A stretch of 64,000 nucleotides of DNA from the IMG/VR virus record IMGVR_UViG_3300037067_009128, positions 53,326-117,325 of that record, one strand, 5' to 3'. The notes under the pieces were generated by a model, which had not been told where the DNA came from, did no database searches, and saw only the letters and a list, made by a program, of their open reading frames with translations. Positions 38,590 to 47,710 of the stretch are shown one piece after another (positions within the stretch are counted from its first letter, which is position 1; every line of letters starts with the position of its first letter). The DNA comes from a virus. Its lineage: Duplodnaviria > Caudoviricetes. Both the position numbers and the translations under genes were made by a program.

Positions 38590-39010
38590 AAGGAATAAAA
38601 CTATGCAATATGATACAAGAAGAATTCAAGATCAAGAAATAGAACCTTTACTTAATAAGATATTTGGTTCTTGGATTAAATTTGTTGATGTTACTCAAGA
38701 TGATGGTGAATGGTATATGAATATTGAAACAATAAAAGGAAAATTAACTTCTAATGCAAGATTAACATCAGAAGGTAAAGAAGGTGATTTCGTTTCAGTA
38801 TTTTGGTTTAATTTTTACCCATTAGGTGCTGGTAATATCAGGTTTGATGGGCAGTTATCCAGAAAAGTTCATGAGTTTTGTAAACCATATGAAGGTTTAT
38901 ATAACGAAGAAGAAATAAGAAATAAACTTATTGACAAGTATAATGAATTGTTAATTAAATATGGTGGTGCAGGAAAGAATCTAGTTAGTCATTTTGTTAA
39001 TTTAGATTAA
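38564..39010 (+). CDS. Hypothetical protein (likely start 38603)
   Basis: AAGGA upstream of the internal ATG. Confidence 0.65.
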   Translation: MVMNSEYYKRNKTMQYDTRRIQDQEIEPLLNKIFGSWIKFVDVTQDDGEWYMNIETIKGKLTSNARLTSEGKEGDFVSVFWFNFYPLGAGNIRFDGQLSRKVHEFCKPYEGLYNEEEIRNKLIDKYNELLIKYGGAGKNLVSHFVNLD

Positions 39011-39022
39011 AGGAATTAAATC

Positions 39023-39316
39023 ATGCAATTTATCGTTACTGGAGTTGATACTGGAAGATTCCCTGAAATATTATTGATAGAAGATTGGTTTATTTATTTC
39101 TGTTACAAAGATTTAGTTTATTCTGTTTGTTTTGAATTAAGTCCTGAAGAAATAAATAAAGATAATGCATTAAGTTATGTTTTGAGAAATAGAGACAACT
39201 GGAAAAAAGAAACATGGAATGCAGAGTTAAAACAGATAACAGGTTTAAATGATAATACTCAATTAACGTTAAAAGATTGGAAATATATTACAAATCAAGG
39301 AAATAACATTTTATGA
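39023..39316 (+). CDS. Hypothetical protein
   Basis: AAGGA RBS. Confidence 0.6.
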   Translation: MQFIVTGVDTGRFPEILLIEDWFIYFCYKDLVYSVCFELSPEEINKDNALSYVLRNRDNWKKETWNAELKQITGLNDNTQLTLKDWKYITNQGNNIL

Positions 39317-39654
39317 ATGAATTAGAAATGGTTATATTAAAAGATCTGAAAATATTTATTGTTGATTTTTTAAAGAAAGAATTAAATTTTAATAAAGATG
39401 ATGTTAGAGAGTTATTTATCAATGGACAATTTAAGGTTGATGTTATTAGTTCAATACAAATGAGTTGGGATTTAGCACGTTATTCTAAAAAAGAAGTTGA
39501 TGAGTGTACATATAAACAATGGAATCAAATTAAAAGTAAATTAAGTAATGAAATACGTAAACAGTTATACCCATTATTAAGAGAAGGAAAGATTATTACC
39601 ATTACTTCTGATCTTGGTTCATGGATTGAGTTTACAATATTAGAAAAATTTTAG
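39313..39654 (+). CDS. Hypothetical protein
   Basis: ATGA overlap. Confidence 0.6.
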   Translation: MNELEMVILKDLKIFIVDFLKKELNFNKDDVRELFINGQFKVDVISSIQMSWDLARYSKKEVDECTYKQWNQIKSKLSNEIRKQLYPLLREGKIITITSDLGSWIEFTILEKF

Positions 39655-39656
39655 TT

Positions 39657-39866
39657 ATGAAACCTCATTTAATATTTGTTAAAAGAAAAAAACATCCTTT
39701 TAATAAGATGGTTTATAAAGATATGAATCTTAAAGTAGGTAAGAATTCTATTTTTCATAGAGGAGAAAATAAAATATTTTGTGGTAATACAATTGCAGAA
39801 GTTATTAACAATGCTAATGTTTATTGGATGACTCACAAAAGAACCAGAAAATTGATTAATAAATAA
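39657..39866 (+). CDS. Basic hypothetical protein
   Basis: ORF in array. Confidence 0.5.
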   Translation: MKPHLIFVKRKKHPFNKMVYKDMNLKVGKNSIFHRGENKIFCGNTIAEVINNANVYWMTHKRTRKLINK

Positions 39867-39877
39867 GGAGAAATAAA

Positions 39878-40123
39878 ATGGCAACAAAATTAAAGTCTTT
39901 ATTTGAAATAAATAATAAAGCATATTATAATTTAGGTTACGAGGAAGGGCATGGCAGCATGGGGAAAGGATATGCTCTTGAATATTATGCCTGTAAAGAT
40001 GGGTTTATTACACGAGTTGAATTTTTTGACGAAAAGGAACATAACGAGCCTTTTTCAAAAGAAAGACACTTACGTGATTTACCTAAGTGGGCTAAAGAAA
40101 GGATAGACTTAATCCCAAAATAA
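39878..40123 (+). CDS. Hypothetical protein
   Basis: AAGGAG RBS. Confidence 0.65.
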   Translation: MATKLKSLFEINNKAYYNLGYEEGHGSMGKGYALEYYACKDGFITRVEFFDEKEHNEPFSKERHLRDLPKWAKERIDLIPK

Positions 40124-40260
40124 CTGCCGATACAAGAATTGTTAAATTATAAACAAAGACAATATTTAGAAAGTGAATTAAATAAAAGGATTATAAATGA
40201 ATGAATTAGAAATAGTTATGTTGTTTTATGTAATATGGGAAATAGCATTGAGTATTTCAG

Positions 40261-41420
40261 AAGATTGATTCTCCCCTCTCAAAGTCAAATCAACCCTTTT
40301 CAATTCCAAATCTGAATTTTTGATTTCTGCAATTACCCATCTACTTTAGTATGTGTTTTTCAAATATTTATTTTTCCATTCTTTTGATACCCTTTTGCAC
40401 CTCGATTTCTCAAGATTCCCAAATTCCCCACAATTTATTTAAAACTTCCTTTCTTCATTCTAACAAACGATCCGACTCCCAACGAGGGCGCTTAAGGAAA
40501 GAATTAATCCTAAGAATAACCGTTTTAATTTAATTTAAATGATAAAAGAATTAAAAATCACTTAACTCTTTGAGATTAAAGAAATAAATTATTGAGTATA
40601 AAATAAATAAAAGAGTAAAGAACAAAGAAATAAACTTCATCATTTGTTTTATTCTTTACAGTTTTATTCTTTATAACATACAGATTAATTCGTTTACATC
40701 ACTTTGTTCTTTGTTTCTTGAAGGTAAATATAGTTTGAAAGAAATATAAATACCTTTTTCATTCTGGAATTGGGAAACTCCAGGTAATCCCTCTAGTCGG
40801 CGATGTTGGCTCCCTGGGCCATAATATGATTCTCGGCCTACGTCTCCTCGACACAAGCCTCAAGGCTCATCTCCCTGAGACATAGAAGTACCTCTTTTTA
40901 CTCATTAGATACTTGAGCTTGAATAGAGATCGAAATTTAATACAAGGGTAAATTTGATTTATTCTTTGAGATCTCTTCCCTACAGAAGATTAATCTATCC
41001 AATCATTGATAACCTCTTCTTTACGGAAGATATACAAATAATATAAAGACAACAAGCTAACTTATGATCTCTATGATTCTATATAGACACTACTTGACCT
41101 TTCAAGGCCCAAAGTGTATGTTATAGACCTTAGAGAAATCAAAGTCAACTTCTGGCCAATGGGAATGAAAAATAAAGAACGAAGTGATATGGCCAGGCAT
41201 TTATGTTTACAGCTTCATGCACGTGGCCACCACTGGGCTCGCAAAGAATGAGGATAATAAGAATGAGGGGGAGGACTGCGAACCCACTGGATATTATTGG
41301 CCCAAAGGATTGTGTAGATTGGAAGTTGGGTTACAAGTTTCTTGGCAAGTTGGAACGTGGATTGATACAAATATAAAAACAACTTTCCATCATACTAACT
41401 CACCTTTGTTGATTGACAAT
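40261..41420. other. Long non-coding, strand-asymmetric region with short repeats (candidate terminus, origin or ncRNA)
   Basis: No convincing gene; pyrimidine-rich left part, purine-rich right part; clustered GGCC and short direct/inverted repeats. Confidence 0.5.
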
Positions 41421-41547
41421 TGAATTGTTAAATTGCCTTATATCCTTGTATTATATATACAGTTTATATATGCAATTGTATATTGAATTGTATAATTAAA
41501 ATTCTAAATTATTGCTGTAGATAAGTAAAAAGATTATAAAATTTTAC

Positions 41548-41576
41548 TTGCATATGTGGAATAAATTCTTTATACT
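41548..41576 (+). promoter_or_regulatory. Sigma-70-type promoter
   Basis: TTGCAT-17bp-TATACT. Confidence 0.75.
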
Positions 41577-41617
41577 TAAACAAACGATTTATTAAATAAT
41601 TAAAAGGAGTTAATCTA

Positions 41618-41860
41618 ATGTTTGATAGAATAAAAAAATTGTCATTAAATTGTAAAAATTGGTTAGTAAAACAATATCAAATAGAAGATATTGACTTATT
41701 CTACGACCACTTAATTGGTGATAAAAAAGAAAAACCTACTACTTGTAATTATAAATTAAACAAAGCATTAAAAGAATTTCAAAATAATTTTAATACATCA
41801 GAAATAAAAGAATTCCATATTACTTTTATTTCAATGTTAAAATCAAAACAATTATATTAA
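41618..41860 (+). CDS. Hypothetical immediate-early protein
   Basis: AAGGAG RBS directly after the promoter. Confidence 0.7.
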   Translation: MFDRIKKLSLNCKNWLVKQYQIEDIDLFYDHLIGDKKEKPTTCNYKLNKALKEFQNNFNTSEIKEFHITFISMLKSKQLY

Positions 41861-41974
41861 AAGGAATAAGATTTTTATTGGACTAATATCCAAGAAAATT
41901 TATCATTGAGTATGAAGGAAAGAAATATTTTTCAAAAGAAGTATAATTTATTTTTACTTTTTTTAATATTTTAC

Positions 41975-42003
41975 TTGCATATATCAAAAAACAATATTAT
42001 ATT
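41975..42003 (+). promoter_or_regulatory. Sigma-70-type promoter
   Basis: TTGCAT-17bp-TATATT; shares TTTTACTTGCATAT with the 41548 promoter. Confidence 0.7.
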
Positions 42004-42064
42004 TAAGTAGTTCTTATATGTATTTAATTTTAATTCCCTGTTGACTTGAGACGTTAAACAGTTT

Positions 42065-42077
42065 AGTTCTTTGACAT
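42065..42077 (+). promoter_or_regulatory. boxA-like antitermination site
   Basis: AGTTCTTTGACAT in a ~200-nt leader; resembles rrn boxA (GYTCTTTRACA). Confidence 0.5.
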
Positions 42078-42206
42078 TATGATGACTAAGTTTCAAAGAT
42101 ATTTAAGAACATATCTTTATTAGTGTATGTTAAGAAGTTATCAACCTATCATAAAAACTTCATATCATTAAAAATATATTTTTAATTTAATTCAAAGGAA
42201 TAAAAA

Positions 42207-42653
42207 ATGGAAAATGGTAAAATCGATTTTAGTAATGTTTCACGTTCTAATGGTTCAGTTTTACAATTGGAATTGAACGATGAAAAGAAACTTGTTTCTT
42301 TAGGCTTAATTGGAAAGCCTTTAACAATGTCTGACTTGAAACAAGTAAAGGCTTATAACGATATTACAGGCAAAATCACAAGGAATGCCTATCGTAAACA
42401 GATTTCTACTTTAATCGGAAATGAGGTATTAACCTTAAAACAGATTAGGGAAAGATTTAATGTTGTTACCTGTTTTGGTAACTTAAAATCCCTTGATTGC
42501 TTAGGTGCTTATAGCCAAAAAGAAAGCAATGGTAAAATTTCTGATAAGTACTTTATCATATTTCTGCCAAAAGAATCAGGGAAAGTAAAAGCAGAACCAA
42601 AGGCAAAAAAGAAGGAAAATGAAGTAAAGGAAAATGAGCCTGTTATTGAATAG
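42207..42653 (+). CDS. Hypothetical immediate-early protein
   Basis: AAGGA RBS; codon usage looks different from neighbouring blocks. Confidence 0.75.
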   Translation: MENGKIDFSNVSRSNGSVLQLELNDEKKLVSLGLIGKPLTMSDLKQVKAYNDITGKITRNAYRKQISTLIGNEVLTLKQIRERFNVVTCFGNLKSLDCLGAYSQKESNGKISDKYFIIFLPKESGKVKAEPKAKKKENEVKENEPVIE

Positions 42654-42734
42654 GTAAGATTATGAGAATTTTGTTTAATCTATTCATCATAATTGCATTA
42701 CTTTACTTAATTCTTTGTTAGTTTAAGTAAACAA

Positions 42735-42769
42735 ATTAAGGCTATATTAAGTTATAGCCTTAATATTTT
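42735..42769 (+). terminator. Perfect 12-bp hairpin, terminator-like
   Basis: ATTAAGGCTATA-ttaagt-TATAGCCTTAAT. Confidence 0.7.
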
Positions 42770-42794
42770 AATCACTATTATATTGGAGTATCAA

Positions 42795-42881
42795 ATGAAA
42801 ACTAATAATCTTATTTACTGGTTAATCCCTGTTTTTCTGTTCTTACCTATTATTCTGTTTATATGGAGTATCATATTATGA
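42795..42881 (+). CDS. 28-aa hydrophobic micro-protein
   Basis: MKTNNLIYWLIPVFLFLPIILFIWSIIL; GGAG RBS. Confidence 0.5.
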   Translation: MKTNNLIYWLIPVFLFLPIILFIWSIIL

Positions 42882-43498
42882 AAGTATTATATATTAACCA
42901 TATCCCCATTTACTATGGTTATATTAAACCTTTACAAAAATCGTATCGGTTTATTCTTAATTAAATAATTGATAGTAAAAAACTATTAAAATTCGAAGCA
43001 ATCGTTCGAATTAGTTATCTTGAATTATCTCTGGTGGTAAAAATAATTAACCCATACTATGATCATATTTTGAAATTGACTTGTCAATTCAATTGGTGAA
43101 CAAACGATAAGCTGGAGATCATAACATGATGGAGACCAAAAAGAGTTGAAATGTGTGGGACTTCAAAAGACCTGGAATGTGGGAGACCCCAGGTTAACAT
43201 AAAATTGGGAGACATTTTTAATAGGCCACAATTTTCACCTTGACTAGTGTTTCCCCAAAATTTTTCTCACAATTTTTGAATTTCACATCAAAAAAAATAC
43301 CTCTTTCAGCCTAGCAATGGTAAAACCTATTTCTATAATTTTTATATTGAACTTCAAATCTTATTGGTGACAAGATTAAATACTGAGAAAAACTCAATTC
43401 AACAAACACCAATTGCTTTGAGACTCCCACAAGAATCTCTTAACTCGAATTAGATTTGAATTTCATAAACAATTTAATCAAATTCCAAAAGGAAAAAA

Positions 43499-44293
43499 TT
43501 GTCAGAACTAACATTCTCAAGTCTACTTAAAAAAAGTAAAGAAATCACTCAACAATTTGATGCTTTAAAGAAATTAAAGAATCTTGGGGAAAACTCCATT
43601 CTTGAAGACCGAGAACAATCTACATTTTGGATTGTATCAAAAGAAGGTGAAAGGATTCGAGCAATATGTGGACATAGAAACAATAAAGGGATATGCTTCA
43701 GACCTGCGGGATGGGGGACAGACCATGTTGGATTCAGCAAATGTAAAGACCACATGAGAGGAAGTCTGTACAATTCATTACTTTCTGCTCAACACAACTA
43801 CCCTACAAGACTTGTTGAACTTCTAGAATTCACTAATGATCTAGAAGACAGGTCTTTGAATTCACTCGATCCAGAAATTAAAATGTTAACTGCACTTTAT
43901 CAATTTGTACTCACAAGGCCTAGAGACTCTGAGGACATGGATGTAGAAGAAATAGATACAATAAGAGAGATAATTAAAGATTTGGTAAAAACTAAAGCAT
44001 TGAGAAACAAGATTCAAAGGGAAATGAGACTGGATGCATCAAGTGTCAAAGAGTTCGTACATCAAATTTTCAGTGTCATTTCGTATGCAGTAAATCCAGC
44101 GGTAGCAAAGAAGATCATGGAAGACATCAACAACAAAGTTCTGGTACCATTCATGAGCAAAGACAGAATCATTGGGAAAGACATGAACTTCGAAACAAAA
44201 GCTGCAGAGACTATCAAGAAGTATGGGAACACACTCAAAAATATTGAGAAAGTAAAAGAATCAAAAGATGAGGAAAAAGGAGAAGAAGAATGA
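43499..44293 (+). CDS. Probable terminase small subunit
   Basis: CGH...C.RPAGWGTDHVGFSKCKDH motif of the HGGxSTG-like TerS type; lies upstream of TerL. Confidence 0.65.
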   Translation: MSELTFSSLLKKSKEITQQFDALKKLKNLGENSILEDREQSTFWIVSKEGERIRAICGHRNNKGICFRPAGWGTDHVGFSKCKDHMRGSLYNSLLSAQHNYPTRLVELLEFTNDLEDRSLNSLDPEIKMLTALYQFVLTRPRDSEDMDVEEIDTIREIIKDLVKTKALRNKIQREMRLDASSVKEFVHQIFSVISYAVNPAVAKKIMEDINNKVLVPFMSKDRIIGKDMNFETKAAETIKKYGNTLKNIEKVKESKDEEKGEEE

Positions 44294-44502
44294 AATTCTT
44301 TGAAGATGAAGGAATCGAAAATCAAGAAATTTCTGATATGAAAACTAATAATCCATGTTATGGAGTAAACTGAATGACTCAGGGGATAACATTAGAAATT
44401 AAAGAAGGACAAGCAGAAATTATTTTATTAAGAGAAGAATTAGAAGCTTTATTAAGATATTGGCAAAAAGATGAAATACCTGAATTTGAGAGGAATTGAA
44501 TA

Positions 44503-46017
44503 ATGGGATTAAGAGATAATCGTATAAAACCAATGGGAAACAGTCAATTTTATGACTTGAATACAGACCCTAATGATGTATTATTTAATGAAGCAAGTAA
44601 ATGGGTTGAAGACTTTCAAAGTAATAATAACAAAGCTCAATTCCCTTGGAACTCTCAAATTGCAGAAGAATTCAGAACTGTACCTATACAAACATTAATA
44701 AAAGATCCATACTTTTTAGGCTTTGAAGATAATGTATATGATGGAGTGTTGAATGATATTGTGGATTTGTTTGAAGCTAAAAAAGTACATCCAATACATC
44801 TTGCTATATTTCTAGAAGGGATAGGAGCAGGGAAGACGGTTAAGGCGAGCATTCTGATGTGGATGATCTGGTATTATCTATCAATGGACCCCGATCCTCA
44901 AAGTGTCCACACTCTTGCACCAAGATCAGTCATTGCTTTATTAATGATGAGCCGGTCAGAATTACAGGCTAAGAGGATTACATTCGGAGAAGTATGGAAT
45001 CGATTCCAATCACCTTTCAATAAAGATTATTTCCCTCCAGCTGAGAGATTCAATAGAGAAATTAGAATTGAAGTCAATAATACTTGCGTTTATGCAGGTA
45101 CTAGTTCTGCCCTTTCAAGTTTGGGATACAACTTGTTTGGAGGAGTGATAGACGAAGCTTGTTTAATAAAATCAACTCTACAAAGGGTAAAATTTGAAAA
45201 TCAAATTGATTTAAGTAATATAAATTTGCACCAAAAAAATTTACATAGTGGTGCTATTGTAAGTTCATATAATATAACAAATAAAAAAGTTGAAAACCAA
45301 TTCTCAAAAGGTATATCTTCTATAGGTTTTAGAGAGATATACGAGGTAGAACTGGAAGATGGAACTATTCTAGGTCTTACTGGTAATCAAAAAGTCTTAA
45401 TTAAAACTTCTGATGGAAAAGAGGTTTATAAAAGAGTTGACCAGTTGACTGGAAATGAAGATTTAAGAGAAATGAAAATAAAATCAATTCGTAAAAAAGA
45501 AGTTTTAGAACCTGTTTATGATGTTGTTAACGTTAAAAACAATAAAAACTTTTTAGTAAAAACTGATTCTGGAAAATATATAGTTTTACACAATTCATTT
45601 CTTGAATCAACTGAAGAATCTAAAAAATCTGAAGATAAGTACGATGCATGTGAAGAAATATACCATGCAATCTTTAATAGGATGATTTCTAGGTTCTTAA
45701 AGAAAGGAAGAATCCCAGGGTTACTTTGTATGGTCACATCTCCTAATTTCCCTGATGATTTTGTACATAAAAAGATAGATGAAGCTAAGGCAAAAGGAGT
45801 CGATTCTGGAATTTTTTACAGGATTAGGTCTACATGGGATGCAAAAGGGGAAAGATATTATCCTGTAAAAGATGCATTTTATATCAATACTGATGATTCA
45901 GAGATTATAAATGATGATAATTTAACACAACTTTTAAATGCAATTCCTAAAAAAATGTATCCATTAGATTACGATATGGAATTATTAACTAAACTTGCAA
46001 AATATTTTATAAAATGA
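44503..46017 (+). CDS. Terminase large subunit, N-terminal ATPase part, with intein
   Basis: Walker A GIGAGKT, Walker B GGVIDEA|S, motif III VTSP. Confidence 0.88.
   Translation: MGLRDNRIKPMGNSQFYDLNTDPNDVLFNEASKWVEDFQSNNNKAQFPWNSQIAEEFRTVPIQTLIKDPYFLGFEDNVYDGVLNDIVDLFEAKKVHPIHLAIFLEGIGAGKTVKASILMWMIWYYLSMDPDPQSVHTLAPRSVIALLMMSRSELQAKRITFGEVWNRFQSPFNKDYFPPAERFNREIRIEVNNTCVYAGTSSALSSLGYNLFGGVIDEACLIKSTLQRVKFENQIDLSNINLHQKNLHSGAIVSSYNITNKKVENQFSKGISSIGFREIYEVELEDGTILGLTGNQKVLIKTSDGKEVYKRVDQLTGNEDLREMKIKSIRKKEVLEPVYDVVNVKNNKNFLVKTDSGKYIVLHNSFLESTEESKKSEDKYDACEEIYHAIFNRMISRFLKKGRIPGLLCMVTSPNFPDDFVHKKIDEAKAKGVDSGIFYRIRSTWDAKGERYYPVKDAFYINTDDSEIINDDNLTQLLNAIPKKMYPLDYDMELLTKLAKYFIK
45160..45594 (+). 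mobile_element. Mini-intein (145 aa) just after the TerL Walker B
   Basis: Starts CLIKS; block F VYDV; ends VLHN with Ser+1; block B reads TGNQ instead of TxxH. Confidence 0.88.
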
Positions 46018-46025
46018 GGTAAACC

Positions 46026-46532
46026 ATGAATCCTAATATTTATTATCATGTGATAGATGTAGAAACGACTACTTTTGATCCTATAAAAGGTGATATATGT
46101 GAATTAGCAGTATTAAGTTGTAGAGGAAGAGAAGTATATAACATATTTCACAAGTATTATTCTGTTGATTACATGAATATTGATGCTCAAAATACACATA
46201 AACTTTCAATTGATATGCTTTCAAATTGGCCTAAATTCAATTCTGAATGTAATATTAAAGAGTTGAATAATATTTTTAGTGTTGGAAGAAGTATCTGGGG
46301 ACATAATCTTCCATTTGATATAAGGTTTTTAACTAAATATGGAGTTTGTATTAATAATCTTTACCAAAAAGATACACTTAAAATGTTAAAAGGTGAAGGA
46401 CTTAAACTTGAAAATAATAAATTAACAACTTGGTTAAATCATTATGGTATTGAGATAAGTAATCATAGTGCTTTGGGTGATGCATTTGGTACATTTCAAT
46501 TGATTACTTTAAAAGGTTGGCAATTATTATGA
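46026..46532 (+). CDS. DEDDh 3'-5' exonuclease (DnaQ-like)
   Basis: IDVETT, GHNLPFDIRFL, DTL, HSALGDA. Confidence 0.9.
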   Translation: MNPNIYYHVIDVETTTFDPIKGDICELAVLSCRGREVYNIFHKYYSVDYMNIDAQNTHKLSIDMLSNWPKFNSECNIKELNNIFSVGRSIWGHNLPFDIRFLTKYGVCINNLYQKDTLKMLKGEGLKLENNKLTTWLNHYGIEISNHSALGDAFGTFQLITLKGWQLL

Positions 46533-46708
46533 TTTTTGGTGAAGTCATGTTATGTGATTTTCCCAATTGTAAATATAAAACTGATAATAAAAATAATAAA
46601 GAATGGGTAATATTTGGAAAATACACATATTGTAAGTTACATAAACACTGGGGAAGTAACAAGGTTAAAATAAAAAGAAATTTATATGATAATAAGAGCA
46701 CCAAATGA
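46517..46708 (+). CDS. Small putative Zn-finger protein
   Basis: CDFPNC...YCKLH. Confidence 0.5.
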   Translation: MAIIMIFGEVMLCDFPNCKYKTDNKNNKEWVIFGKYTYCKLHKHWGSNKVKIKRNLYDNKSTK

Positions 46709-47693
46709 TCCTATATTAAAGTCTTCTGCAGAAGGAGATCCTGAGAGATTTATTAGAGATATAGCATGTATTCCTAGAACAGGATTAAAAGCATTTATAA
46801 GAAGACCTAAAAAGATGTATAATTGTGTAAAGGATTACCCGAATCCTTTTAATCCTGAAACTTATAAATTCATTGAAGGGTATAAATGTAAAGACAATCT
46901 CAGAAGGTATCTACATATAGATCTTGCTAAAAATAGAGATGCTATCGGTATTGCTATGGCACATGTACCTAATTTTATAGATAGGGAAGTAATAGAAGAG
47001 AATAGTAAAAGAAAGATAAAAGTTAAAGCTCCAATAGTAAGATTGGATTTTTGGGGTAGAATTACTGTTAGTTCTAAAGAAGAATATGTACTTGGAGATA
47101 TACGTGAAATAGTTTATGACCTTTCAAGAATGGGATTTTATATAGGGTTAATCACTTTAGATAGATTTCAATCATTAGATTCTATTCAAATTTTAAAAAG
47201 TTATGGGTATATTGCTGCTAATATGTCAATAGATAAAACAGCATATTACATAAGACTTTCTGATGTTGGAGAATCAAATAAAGACGGTTATAATAGAGTG
47301 TCTACTAATGGTTGTCATAATTATGCTGTTACTACATTAAAAGAATTAGCATATGATGATAGACTTGAAGCTCCTAATAGTTCAAGATGGTATAAAGAAG
47401 ATTTCTTTGTTCAAGAGTGTATAAGATCTCAAGAAGGAAAAAAAGGTAAAGTAGATCATTTACCTAATTATCATAATGATGTTATGCAAGCTGCTGCTGG
47501 TTGCATAACGAATGCAGTTTCAAATGAAATATTTATAATGAATAATGAATCTGAGAAAGATTTAGAGAAAATGAAAGATGAATATTATAGTCAAATTAAA
47601 AGTTTAGATAATAATTTAATAAAACAAGAAAGTTATCTTGATTACAATACTGATGATCCAAGAGATATCGGTACTGAGAGGTACCAACTTTAA
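46686..47693 (+). CDS. Terminase large subunit, C-terminal RNase-H-fold nuclease part
   Basis: DPERFIRD, HIDLAKNRDAIGIAMAH, ITLDRFQS, KVDHLPNYHNDVMQAAAG; directly upstream of portal. Confidence 0.85.
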   Translation: MIIRAPNDPILKSSAEGDPERFIRDIACIPRTGLKAFIRRPKKMYNCVKDYPNPFNPETYKFIEGYKCKDNLRRYLHIDLAKNRDAIGIAMAHVPNFIDREVIEENSKRKIKVKAPIVRLDFWGRITVSSKEEYVLGDIREIVYDLSRMGFYIGLITLDRFQSLDSIQILKSYGYIAANMSIDKTAYYIRLSDVGESNKDGYNRVSTNGCHNYAVTTLKELAYDDRLEAPNSSRWYKEDFFVQECIRSQEGKKGKVDHLPNYHNDVMQAAAGCITNAVSNEIFIMNNESEKDLEKMKDEYYSQIKSLDNNLIKQESYLDYNTDDPRDIGTERYQL

Positions 47694-47710
47694 TCTATTA
47701 TAACATAACA

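Noticed and set aside
40351-41423. ORFs 40351-40533, 40671-40856 and 41184-41423
   Set aside because: No RBS, atypical composition, no motifs; probably chance ORFs in non-coding DNA.
46018-46685. Group I/II intron or split intein rejoining TerL
   Set aside because: The gap is filled by coding sequence, no intron core was recognised, and there are no intein motifs at the break. The shared ATGATAAT at 45914 and 46686 is out of frame.
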